Positions 32,122 through 41,723 of a DNA stretch of 64,000 nt are shown piece after piece (within the stretch, counting starts at the first letter, position 1; every line of letters begins with the position of its first letter). This DNA is from an uncultured Lachnospiraceae bacterium (GTDB lineage: Bacteria; Bacillota; Clostridia; Lachnospirales; Lachnospiraceae), in NCBI GenBank assembly GCA_947630025.1, contig CANRFZ010000015.1, positions 4,333-68,332 of the forward strand, in the 5' to 3' direction. The notes beneath the pieces are model-generated. The model worked only from the letters and a program-made list of their open reading frames with translations. It was not told the origin of the DNA and did no database searches. The position numbers and the translations under genes were made by a program.

Positions 32122-32230
32122 AAAAAAAAGACGTCGGGAATATTCCAAACGCCTTTGTCGCATACCAATCATTATTTTTTTAGAAACTACTCACATTTTT
32201 TTATATACCACGCGCCGGTTTTTTTGTCAA
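32122..32230 (-). promoter_or_regulatory. Sigma-A promoter plus ANTAR-like dual-hairpin attenuator leader
   Basis: TTGACA-17-TATATA with extended TG; then AATAATGATT...GACAAAGGCGTT, whose second hairpin overlaps a terminator AAAGGCGT-TTGGAATATTCCCG-ACGTCTTTTTTTT. Confidence 0.65.
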
Positions 32231-32276
32231 GACCGGACTGCAGCGAAACCGCAGGATAAACCGCAGGCCGTCCGCC

Positions 32277-33302
32277 TCAGCGCTGCACACGCCCGGAGCC
32301 GTCGCCGCCCGCGAGTCTTGCCACTTCGTCCACACGCACCTGATTGAAATCTCCCTCGACGGAATGTTTCAGGCAGCCTGCAGCCGCCGCAAACTCGATG
32401 GCCTCCTGCGGGCCGTACTCCTGCAGCAGCGCATAGATCAGCCCGCCCGCAAAGGCGTCGCCGCCGCCCACGCGGTCAACGATATGCACCGCATATTTTC
32501 CGGAGAAATAACAACTGCCGCCGGTGTAGAGCATCGCCGCCCAGTAGTTGTCGTTGGCGGAGACGGACTCGCGCAGCGTAATGGCCACCGCCCGGAACCC
32601 GAAGCGCTCCGCCAGTTGTTTGGCCACTTCCCGGTAGCCCTCGCGGTTGACCTCGCCCTTGGACACATCCGTAGCAGCCGCCCGAATGCCGAACACATCC
32701 CCTGCGTCCTCCTCGTTGGCGATGCAGACGTCCACATATCTGCAGAGTCCGTCCATCACCTGTCCCGCTTTCTCTTTCGTCCAGAGCTTGTTCCGGTAAT
32801 TCAGGTCGCAGCTTACCGTGATGCCTCTTGCCCGGGCAGTCCGGCACGCCTCCTCGCAGATCGCCGCTACATTGTCTCCCAGCGCCGGCGTAATGCCCGT
32901 GAAATGGAACCACGACGCACCCTCAAAAATCCTGTCCCAGTCAAAATCCGCCGCGGAAGCCGTCGCGATGGAAGAACCCGCGCGGTCATAGATGACCTTA
33001 GATGGCCGCTGGGAAGCGCCTTTTTCCAAATAATAAATGCCGACTCTGTCGCCGCCCCGCACGATATGCGAAGTGTCGACGCCGAACTGCCGCAGCGCGT
33101 TGACGCCCGCCTGTCCGATCTCGTGTCCGGGGAGCTTGGTGACAAAAACCGAGTCCATTCCGAAATTTGCCAGAGAGACGGCCACATTCGCCTCGCCGCC
33201 GCCGTAGGAAGCCCCGTAGCTGGACGCCTGCACGAAACGCCGATATCCTTCCGGCGCGAGACGGAGCATAATCTCTCCAAAAGTCACTACTTTTTTATTC
33301 AT
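32277..33302 (-). CDS. kdgK: 2-keto-3-deoxygluconate kinase (PfkB family)
   Basis: FGEIMLRL, GGGEANVA, DLNYR, DRVGGGDAF; next to eda and uxaC. Confidence 0.88.
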   Translation of the reverse strand: MNKKVVTFGEIMLRLAPEGYRRFVQASSYGASYGGGEANVAVSLANFGMDSVFVTKLPGHEIGQAGVNALRQFGVDTSHIVRGGDRVGIYYLEKGASQRPSKVIYDRAGSSIATASAADFDWDRIFEGASWFHFTGITPALGDNVAAICEEACRTARARGITVSCDLNYRNKLWTKEKAGQVMDGLCRYVDVCIANEEDAGDVFGIRAAATDVSKGEVNREGYREVAKQLAERFGFRAVAITLRESVSANDNYWAAMLYTGGSCYFSGKYAVHIVDRVGGGDAFAGGLIYALLQEYGPQEAIEFAAAAGCLKHSVEGDFNQVRVDEVARLAGGDGSGRVQR

Positions 33303-33344
33303 GGCATTCTCCATTCCGTTCGTTCTTATTTCCGCACATCCTTC

Positions 33345-34304
33345 TTATTTCCGTACAAGGTGAACCGCGAATCCGCCGATCTCCTCCTGCAGATATACCA
33401 CCCTGATTCTGCCGTTTGCATCCCGCTTGGCGGCGTCCAGATCCAGCGCCACGCCCTGCCTCGTCAGATGGGAAACGGCGCGGCCCATGTCCACGGTTCC
33501 CACCGCGATATGGCCGTTCCTGCCCCGACGGGCGCCATGCACCGCCTCGACCGCAGTGCCCGCATAAACGGAACCCATGCCCGATCTTTTCACAAAGCCG
33601 AACAACGATGCAAAACTGTCCGCGATCCGCTCCGCCTCTGCGCCGTCCTGCGCATTGATACCGATATGAGACAACTCAAAGCCCAGCATCCTGACAACCG
33701 CCTCTCTGGTGCGCGCCTCGATCTCGTCAAACCTGCCCGCCGCGATCAGCTCTTTCTGAACCATCCATGTACCGCCGCAGGCGATAACGTTTGGGCAGTC
33801 CAGATAATCTCTGAGATTGTCCGCGCTGACGCCGCCGGTAGGCAGGAACCGCACGTTGGCGTAGGGCGCGCTCAGCGCCCGGATCATCCCGACGCCTCCC
33901 GACGCCTCCGCCGGAAAAAACTTCACAACGTCCAGCCCCAGTTCCAGCGCCGCCTCCACGTCGGAAGGGGTGGCGGTGCCGGGGATCACCGGGATTCCCC
34001 TGTCCATGCAGTGCCGCACTACCCGGGGATTCAGGCCGGGGCTTACGATAAACCGTGCGCCCGCTGCCACGGCCCGATCCGCCTGCTCCGTCGTCAGCAC
34101 GGTGCCGGCGCCCACCAGCATTTCGGGAAAACGCTCCGCCATCGTGCGGATGGCCTCCTCCGCCGCCCCGGTGCGGAATGTGACCTCCGCGCAGGGCAGG
34201 CCGCCGCCGCATAGCGCCCGCGCCAGCGGCTCCGCATCTTTTGCATCATCCAGTGCGATGACCGGCACGATGCCGATCTTGCTTATCTCGTCAATAACGT
34301 TCAT
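33345..34304 (-). CDS. eda: KDPG/KHG aldolase with C-terminal VOC-like extension
   Basis: EVTFRT, GAGTV, FIVSPG, KFFPAE, PTGGV; extra ~110 aa containing HIGIN and GHIAV. Confidence 0.9.
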   Translation of the reverse strand: MNVIDEISKIGIVPVIALDDAKDAEPLARALCGGGLPCAEVTFRTGAAEEAIRTMAERFPEMLVGAGTVLTTEQADRAVAAGARFIVSPGLNPRVVRHCMDRGIPVIPGTATPSDVEAALELGLDVVKFFPAEASGGVGMIRALSAPYANVRFLPTGGVSADNLRDYLDCPNVIACGGTWMVQKELIAAGRFDEIEARTREAVVRMLGFELSHIGINAQDGAEAERIADSFASLFGFVKRSGMGSVYAGTAVEAVHGARRGRNGHIAVGTVDMGRAVSHLTRQGVALDLDAAKRDANGRIRVVYLQEEIGGFAVHLVRK

Positions 34305-34307
34305 AGG

Positions 34308-34452
34308 ATTCCTCATTCCGGAGGGTTTACGCGACAGGGGCAAAAAGTAAATTCCTTCGGAATTAACTTTGCCATCAGGGGAATTTGTGACGCTCCGGCA
34401 CAAATTCCCGTGTGAAAAATAAGCTATCGAGCTTATTTTTCACACTATTCCT
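34308..34452. mobile_element. 133-bp triple-hairpin MITE/REP-like insertion with 6-bp direct repeat ATTCCT
   Basis: ATTCCT at 34308-34313 and 34447-34452; hairpins at 34339-34373, 34379-34409 and 34410-34445. Confidence 0.6.
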
Positions 34453-34592
34453 TTCCGCCGCGGTGCGGCTTGGGTATCGCATCTGTAGACAGTTTATCAC
34501 AAAGAAAACAGGTTGCAAGTCATTTTTCTTTAGGAACAATCCTTTTCATGCCAACTGACAGTTCGCATACTTCATCAATTATCTGTGTCAGG

Positions 34593-34621
34593 TTGAGAAT
34601 AAAACCTGTCTGTTGTATAAT
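34593..34621 (+). promoter_or_regulatory. Sigma-A promoter of uxaC
   Basis: TTGAGA-17-TATAAT. Confidence 0.6.
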
Positions 34622-34670
34622 AAGCACAAGCGAGAGGCTGCAATCAATGTTTTCGGAAAGGAGTTTCCGC

Positions 34671-36077
34671 ATGAAACCGTTTATGGATGAAAATTTTCTG
34701 TTATCCACGCCTGCCGCGCAGAGATTGTTCCACGACTATGCCGAAAAAATGCTGGTTCTGGACTATCACTGCCACATCGATCCAAAGGAGATCGCGCAGG
34801 ACAGAAGATTTGACAACATAACGCAGGTGTGGCTGGGCGGCGACCATTATAAGTGGCGTTTCATGCGCTCCTGCGGCGTTGACGAATATTTTATCACCGG
34901 CGGCGCGTCTGACAAGGAAAAATTTAGGAAGTGGGCCGAAGTCCTCGGCAGGGCCATCGGCAATCCCCTCTACCACTGGAGCCATCTGGAACTGCAGCGC
35001 TATTTCGGCTACCACGGCATTCTGAATCAAAAGACCGCCGATGAGGTGTGGGATCTCTGCAGTGAAAAACTGGCAGAGCCTTCCATGAGCGTGCGCGGCC
35101 TGATCCGGCAGTCCCATGTGACGCTGCTCTGCACCACAGACGATCCGGCGGATTCCCTCACATGGCATGACGCCATCGCAGGCGATGACAGTTTCGACGT
35201 ACAGGTGCTCCCCGCATGGCGCCCTGACAGAGCCATGAACATCGAGAAACCGGAATATACGGACTACCTTCAAACACTGTCCGAGGCCAGTGGTGTTTCC
35301 ATCACCTCTTTTGCCGATCTGAAAGAAGCGCTCCGAAGGCGGATGGCCTATTTTGCCGCCCGGAACTGCGTCGTCTCCGACCATGGGCCGGAATATGTCA
35401 TGTACGCGCCTGCCTCGGAGGACGAAATCGAGCAGATCTTTCACAGACGTCTGTCCGGCATTCCGCTAAGCCGCGAGGAAGAACTGCAGTTTAAGACTGC
35501 ATTCCTGTTGTTTGCAGGGCGCGAATACCATAGGCTTGGCTGGGTGATGCAGCTTCACTACGGCTGCCTGCGCAACGGCAACCGCCTGATGTACGACAGG
35601 CTGGGCCCGGACACCGGGTACGACTGCATAAACGGCTACACCCCGGCGGCACAGACGGTGTCCTTCTTAAACGCGCTGGCCGAGACGGACGAACTACCAA
35701 AGACAATCCTCTACAGTCTCAATCCCAACGACAATGCGGCCATCGGGACAATCCTCGGTTGTTTTCAGGACTCCACGGCGGCTGGCAAGCTCCAGCAGGG
35801 CAGCGCATGGTGGTTTAACGACCATAAGGACGGAATCCGGAACCAACTGCTCTCGCTGGCAAGCCTCGGCAATCTGGCAGGGTTTGTAGGAATGCTGACA
35901 GACTCCCGAAGCTTCCTGTCTTACACCAGACACGAATATTTCCGCCGTATCCTCTGCGACCTGATCGGCGGACTGGTGGAAAACGGAGAATTTCCGAACG
36001 ACGAGGAGACGCTGGCGGGGATCGTCAGAGACATCTCCTACTACAATGCGGTGCGCTATTTTGGGTTCAGATTGTAG
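34671..36077 (+). CDS. uxaC: Glucuronate isomerase
   Basis: DYHCH, GDHYKWR, GNPLYHWSHLEL, TTDDP, AWWFND, TDSRSFLSY; AAGGAG RBS. Confidence 0.96.
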   Translation: MKPFMDENFLLSTPAAQRLFHDYAEKMLVLDYHCHIDPKEIAQDRRFDNITQVWLGGDHYKWRFMRSCGVDEYFITGGASDKEKFRKWAEVLGRAIGNPLYHWSHLELQRYFGYHGILNQKTADEVWDLCSEKLAEPSMSVRGLIRQSHVTLLCTTDDPADSLTWHDAIAGDDSFDVQVLPAWRPDRAMNIEKPEYTDYLQTLSEASGVSITSFADLKEALRRRMAYFAARNCVVSDHGPEYVMYAPASEDEIEQIFHRRLSGIPLSREEELQFKTAFLLFAGREYHRLGWVMQLHYGCLRNGNRLMYDRLGPDTGYDCINGYTPAAQTVSFLNALAETDELPKTILYSLNPNDNAAIGTILGCFQDSTAAGKLQQGSAWWFNDHKDGIRNQLLSLASLGNLAGFVGMLTDSRSFLSYTRHEYFRRILCDLIGGLVENGEFPNDEETLAGIVRDISYYNAVRYFGFRL

Positions 36078-36707
36078 GGTGCGCAGGAAATAAGCATTTA
36101 TCGGGAAGAATAAAACTCTGGCGGGCCGTCCGGCAGACGCAGCGCCTTGTATATGGCCTCCGCGGAATATCCTCTGCGGAACAGAAAGCCGTACATCCGC
36201 TGCCGCTCTTTGGGATCTGCCGTATCCGCATGGTAGTTTTTCCTGGCAAGCAGCTCCCCGATCGCGGCCATCTCATCCTGCCGCACGCCGCCTTCTTCCA
36301 GCGCGGCAAACGCCTGCTCGATCACTTCTTTGGAGACGCCCCGGCGGAGCAGATCCGTTTCGAGCCGTTTCCTGCTTTTGGACTGTATTCTGTATTCGAT
36401 ATAGTTCTTCGCATATCTGCCATCGTCAATATAGCCGTAAGATTCCGCGTAGGCGACCGCGTCCTCGATGCACGCCTCGTCGTAGCCGCCCTGCCGCAGC
36501 TTGTCTCCGAGCTGCTTCTTCGTATAATCTCTGGACTGCAGCAGATTCAGGCAGCGCAGTCTGGCCCGCTTGGGAAGGATCTGCGTGGTGATCTCCCTGT
36601 AGACGTCTTCCGAAAGCTCCTCTCCCTCCCGGATCTGAAAGCGGCGCAGTTCGCCTCTGTATAGCACAAAGGCAAACTGGCCGTCCAGATACACGCCGGC
36701 GCGCGAT

Positions 36708-37778
<1,071 letters not shown>

Positions 37779-37800
37779 AAATAAATTCTCCTTTTCTTAT

Positions 37801-37849
37801 AGAACATTTGTTCTGTCATAAGAATAAAACAAATGTTCGGGTTTGTCAA
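37801..37849 (-). promoter_or_regulatory. recA promoter with two LexA (Cheo) boxes
   Basis: GAAC-ATTT-GTTC at 37802-37813 and AAAC-AAAT-GTTC at 37827-37838; TTGACA-17-TATTCT. Confidence 0.85.
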
Positions 37850-37990
37850 GTAACTTTATTATAATACCTCTGTTGTCCAATAAATGACACTTCTGCCTCC
37901 TTTCCCCAAAAATTTGAAATAATGGAAATCGCGGCGAAATGCCTGACTTGCATAACAGAATTCCATTCCTTCAGATAATTACAGTCTACC

Positions 37991-38034
37991 AAAAAAAGGG
38001 ACAATGTGCAACCGCTTTTCACACATTGTCCTTT
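37991..38034 (-). terminator. Intrinsic terminator upstream of the recA promoter
   Basis: GGACAATGTG...CACATTGTCC stem followed by a T-run on the minus strand. Confidence 0.7.
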
Positions 38035-38179
38035 CATAATTCTTTACAACCGATATCGGCGCGGCACAACACACAACACCTGTGCCGCACACAACATAGA
38101 CCGCAGATACACCGACTGTACCGCGCATAGCAGAGGCAGCAGGCGCACCGCCGACGATAGCACAAGCCGCAGTCCGCTT

Positions 38180-39784
38180 CTATGACACTTTCAAATACTG
38201 CTGGTACTCCTTGTAGGTCACCGTCACCCAGCCGTCATAATAGTTAAACCCGATCTCCATGCCGAGAGGCGTATAGAAGACGATCACATCATCCGAATTG
38301 AAATATTCCGTGATCTCCTGATCGCTCATCGACGTCAGCGAGGAAATCTCTCCGTTCTGCTCGTCGCTCCTCTGCCTGAAATCTACCGAGAAATCGTCGT
38401 CAAGGCTGAGGATATCCTGATTGTCCAGCACGAGTCCTTTTTCCATATCAAAGTTGACACAGAACAGATACGCCTCGTACATATCGTCATAGGAATACAC
38501 GGTCTCCTGATAGACGATGCTCAGCTTTTCCTCATCCATGTAGGTCACATAGGCCTCCGCCATCACATACATCGAGTCTTCCTCGGAATCACCGGCGTTT
38601 TCCCAGAAAACATCCTTGAGATATTCGACCTCGTCCTGCAGGGTTTCATTCAGCACCTCCAGATGGGGAACATCGTCGCCGCTGATAATGGGATATATGA
38701 TCTGGATGATCGAATTGCCATTCTCCGTACCTTCATAGTACTCATCAAACTCTACTGAATACGACAGACTGTAGTCGATGGCGTCATGGAAGTCGTAGTA
38801 GTCGTCATTGTCATAATAATCGTCATCGTAATAATCGTCATAATAGTCGTCATCATAATAATCGTCGTCGTAGTAGTCATCATAATCATCATAACTGTCG
38901 TAATCGTCATCATCCTTGTTCTCCCGCTTCGGAGTCCTGATGTCGTCGTCGAAATCATAATCTCTGCCGCTCTGCGACGACTCCCTCTCATGGTAAGCGC
39001 TCTCCGCCAGTCTGGAATACATGATGTAGGCAAGTGCGAAAACGCCGATCAGGAACAGAACGATCACGCCGATCACAATGCCGATGACAAGCCCGTTCTT
39101 ATTTTTCTTGGGCGGTGTGGCAAAAGGACTGTACTGTCCGTTATTGTACGGCGGCACATTCGACGAACCCCCGCCGTAGGGCTGATAGCCGGAACCGTTG
39201 CTATTCTGCGCAGGCTGGCCGCCAGAATAGTTGTTATAAGGCTGGCCGTTATTGGGCTGGCCGCCAGAATAGTTGTTATAAGACTGCCCATTATTCGGCT
39301 GGCCGCTCGGATAGCCGTTGTAGGGCTGGCCGCCCGGATAATTGTTATAAGGCTGGCCGCTATTCGGATAGTTGTTGTACGGCTGGCCGCTATTCGGCTG
39401 GCTGCCGCCGGGATAGCCGTTGTAGGACTGGCCGCCCGCATAATTGTTATACGGCTGGCCATTATTCGGCTGGCTGCCCAGATAGCTGCTGCCGGACTGA
39501 CCGCCATTCGGATAACCGCTATAATACTGACTGTTGTCCGAATACCCGCCGTAAGGCCGGATGCTGCTCTGCTCGGGCAGGGCGGCGCTCTCCTCGTCCG
39601 TCACGACCTCCGCCTCGACCGTTTCCACTGTCTCCACCGTTTCCGTTGTCTCCTCTGTCTCCTCCGACCTCGTGACATCCGGCGTGCGATAGATCTCCTC
39701 GTTTATCTCTGTCCTCTTTTCTTCCTCGTTCTGACCGTTGCTCTCGTTGATCCCGCTCATTTGCATTCCCTCATCTTCATACAC
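38180..39784 (-). CDS. Single-pass membrane protein with G/Q/P/N/Y repeats, D/Y-rich linker and DUF3298/DUF4163-like C-terminal domain
   Basis: GQPYNNYPG-type repeats, KKNKN followed by a TM helix, DDYYDDD tract, YP...LNETL and FYTPLG motifs. Confidence 0.8.
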   Translation of the reverse strand: MYEDEGMQMSGINESNGQNEEEKRTEINEEIYRTPDVTRSEETEETTETVETVETVEAEVVTDEESAALPEQSSIRPYGGYSDNSQYYSGYPNGGQSGSSYLGSQPNNGQPYNNYAGGQSYNGYPGGSQPNSGQPYNNYPNSGQPYNNYPGGQPYNGYPSGQPNNGQSYNNYSGGQPNNGQPYNNYSGGQPAQNSNGSGYQPYGGGSSNVPPYNNGQYSPFATPPKKNKNGLVIGIVIGVIVLFLIGVFALAYIMYSRLAESAYHERESSQSGRDYDFDDDIRTPKRENKDDDDYDSYDDYDDYYDDDYYDDDYYDDYYDDDYYDNDDYYDFHDAIDYSLSYSVEFDEYYEGTENGNSIIQIIYPIISGDDVPHLEVLNETLQDEVEYLKDVFWENAGDSEEDSMYVMAEAYVTYMDEEKLSIVYQETVYSYDDMYEAYLFCVNFDMEKGLVLDNQDILSLDDDFSVDFRQRSDEQNGEISSLTSMSDQEITEYFNSDDVIVFYTPLGMEIGFNYYDGWVTVTYKEYQQYLKVS

Positions 39785-39854
39785 TCTATCTGCTTATTCC
39801 CTGTCTCTTTCATCCGCCTGCGCCCTGCTGCCGAGTCTGCGACTATGCCTGCGC

Positions 39855-41126
39855 CTATTTTTCCTTATTTCCAAAAGTCATCTCACTGTAATACTTCAGA
39901 ATACATTCCCGCATAAGCGCCAGCGCCGACGACACCGCGCTCTCCCGTATCTTGGCGCGGGAACCCTGAAAACGGCACTCCTTTACGGTCAAGTTGCCGC
40001 ACACATAGCAGCCGATATACACCAGACCTACGGGCTTTTCCGGCGTTCCGCCGTCGGGCCCCGCTATGCCGGTGACGCTGACAGTCACATCCGCCTTGGA
40101 GAGCACCGACGCCCCTATCGCCATCGCCTCCGCGATCTCCCTGCTGACCGCGCCGTGCTTCAATAGCAGATTCTTTTTGATTCCCAGAAGACGCCGCTTG
40201 GCCTTGTTGGAGTAGGTGATATAGCCGGCCTTAAACACCTCGGACACGCCGGGCACATTGATCAGTCTGGCCGCCAACAGACCGCCGGTGCAGGATTCCA
40301 CGGTGCTGACCGTCAGTTTGTTGGCCAGCAGCAGATCCACCACCGCCTTTTCTAACGTCACCGCGTCCTCCGTCGTATACACATGGCTCTCGAAACGCCC
40401 TTTCAGCTCTTTCACCACGGGTTTGACCAGCTTGCGGGCCTCTTTTTCATCGGCGCCCCGGGCCGTCACCCGCAGATGCACCTCGCCGGTCTTGGCATAG
40501 GTGGCGATCGTGGGATTGGTCTGCGCGTCGATCAGGTCTTTGACCATCGTCTCCGCCTTGCTCTCCCCCACGCCGCAGATCTTAACGGTCTGTGAAAAGA
40601 TGACCGCGTCCTGCAGCCTGCCGAGATAGGGGATGACGGACGCCTCAAACATCGGCATCAGTTCGCCCGGAGGCCCCGGCATCAAAACCACATATTTGCC
40701 GTCTTTCTCGATGATCATGCCGGGCGCCGTACCGTTGGGGTTGTCCAGCACGATACTGCCCTCCGGCACCATCGCCTGTTTCCAGTTATTGTCGGTAATC
40801 TCCAGCCCGCGCGCGGAAAAATACTCCTGAATCGCAGCCTTGCTCCGCTCATGGAGAACCAAAGGTTTTCCCAGTACTTTGGCCGCCGCCTCCTTGGTCA
40901 GGTCGTCCTGCGTAGGCCCCAAGCCTCCCGATATCAACAGGATATCGGCGCGTGACAGTGCCGTGCGGATCGTCTCACACAGGCGTTCTTCATTGTCGCC
41001 CACCACATCCTGGTAATAGCAGGATAATCCCAGCGCCGCACATTTTTCCGCCAGATACGCCGCGTTGGTATTCACGATATTGCCAAGCAGGATCTCCGTT
41101 CCTACCGAAATCAATTCTACAACCAT
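39855..41126 (-). CDS. cinA: Competence/damage-inducible protein A (NMN deamidase fusion)
   Basis: GTEILLG, GGLGPTQDDLT, ESCTGG, TGIAGPDGG. Confidence 0.95.
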   Translation of the reverse strand: MVVELISVGTEILLGNIVNTNAAYLAEKCAALGLSCYYQDVVGDNEERLCETIRTALSRADILLISGGLGPTQDDLTKEAAAKVLGKPLVLHERSKAAIQEYFSARGLEITDNNWKQAMVPEGSIVLDNPNGTAPGMIIEKDGKYVVLMPGPPGELMPMFEASVIPYLGRLQDAVIFSQTVKICGVGESKAETMVKDLIDAQTNPTIATYAKTGEVHLRVTARGADEKEARKLVKPVVKELKGRFESHVYTTEDAVTLEKAVVDLLLANKLTVSTVESCTGGLLAARLINVPGVSEVFKAGYITYSNKAKRRLLGIKKNLLLKHGAVSREIAEAMAIGASVLSKADVTVSVTGIAGPDGGTPEKPVGLVYIGCYVCGNLTVKECRFQGSRAKIRESAVSSALALMRECILKYYSEMTFGNKEK

Positions 41127-41186
41127 AGCCACCCCATCCTGTACTTCTGCCGGTCCTTCCGGCGCTTATCAAAAGGCGGTAACCGC

Positions 41187-41723
41187 CTACTTCGTCTCCC
41201 TCAGCACGCCCCGGTTCTTCACCAGATAATCGATCAGCGATACCACCGTCAGCGCCAGCGCCGCCCACATGACGGCGTCCGTGACAAGCCGGATCTGCGC
41301 GATATCGGCGATCATCAGGCAGATCATGGCCATCTGGAACGTCGTCTTGAATTTGCCCCAATAGCTCGCCGCGATCACCACGCCGTTGTCGGAGGCGATC
41401 AGCCTAAAACCGCTGATAATAAACTCTCTGGCGATGATAACGATAACGATCCACGACGGTATTCTGCGCAGATCCACCAGACAGATCAGCGCCGAGCACA
41501 CCAGCAGCTTATCCGCCAGCGGGTCCATAAATTTTCCGAAATTCGTCACAAGATTATATTTTCTGGCAATCCTGCCGTCCAGCAGATCGGTCAGGCTGGC
41601 TACGGCAAATATGCCAAGCGCGATCCACTTATCATACGCCGCCGTGATATCGCACAACATAAATACCACGAAAAAAGGAATCAGCACCACGCGGAACAAC
41701 GTTAATTTATTCGGCAGATTCAT
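41187..41723 (-). CDS. pgsA: CDP-diacylglycerol--glycerol-3-phosphate 3-phosphatidyltransferase
   Basis: MNLPNKLT, DLLDGRIAR...GKFMDPLADK. Confidence 0.96.
   Translation of the reverse strand: MNLPNKLTLFRVVLIPFFVVFMLCDITAAYDKWIALGIFAVASLTDLLDGRIARKYNLVTNFGKFMDPLADKLLVCSALICLVDLRRIPSWIVIVIIAREFIISGFRLIASDNGVVIAASYWGKFKTTFQMAMICLMIADIAQIRLVTDAVMWAALALTVVSLIDYLVKNRGVLRETK

Noticed and set aside
32364-34214. Long antisense ORFs (616 aa here; also 19125-20576, 20699-22087, 44824-46167, 47099-48358, 54742-55953)
   Set aside because: They overlap well-supported genes, lack motifs, and are expected shadows of GC-rich codon usage.
34305-34670. N-terminal extensions of eda and uxaC in the ORF track
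   Set aside because: Better RBS-supported starts lie at 34304 and 34671; the extensions cross promoter and hairpin-element sequence.
38045-38178. CA-rich irregular repeats downstream of the membrane protein gene
   Set aside because: No consistent unit or period could be defined.
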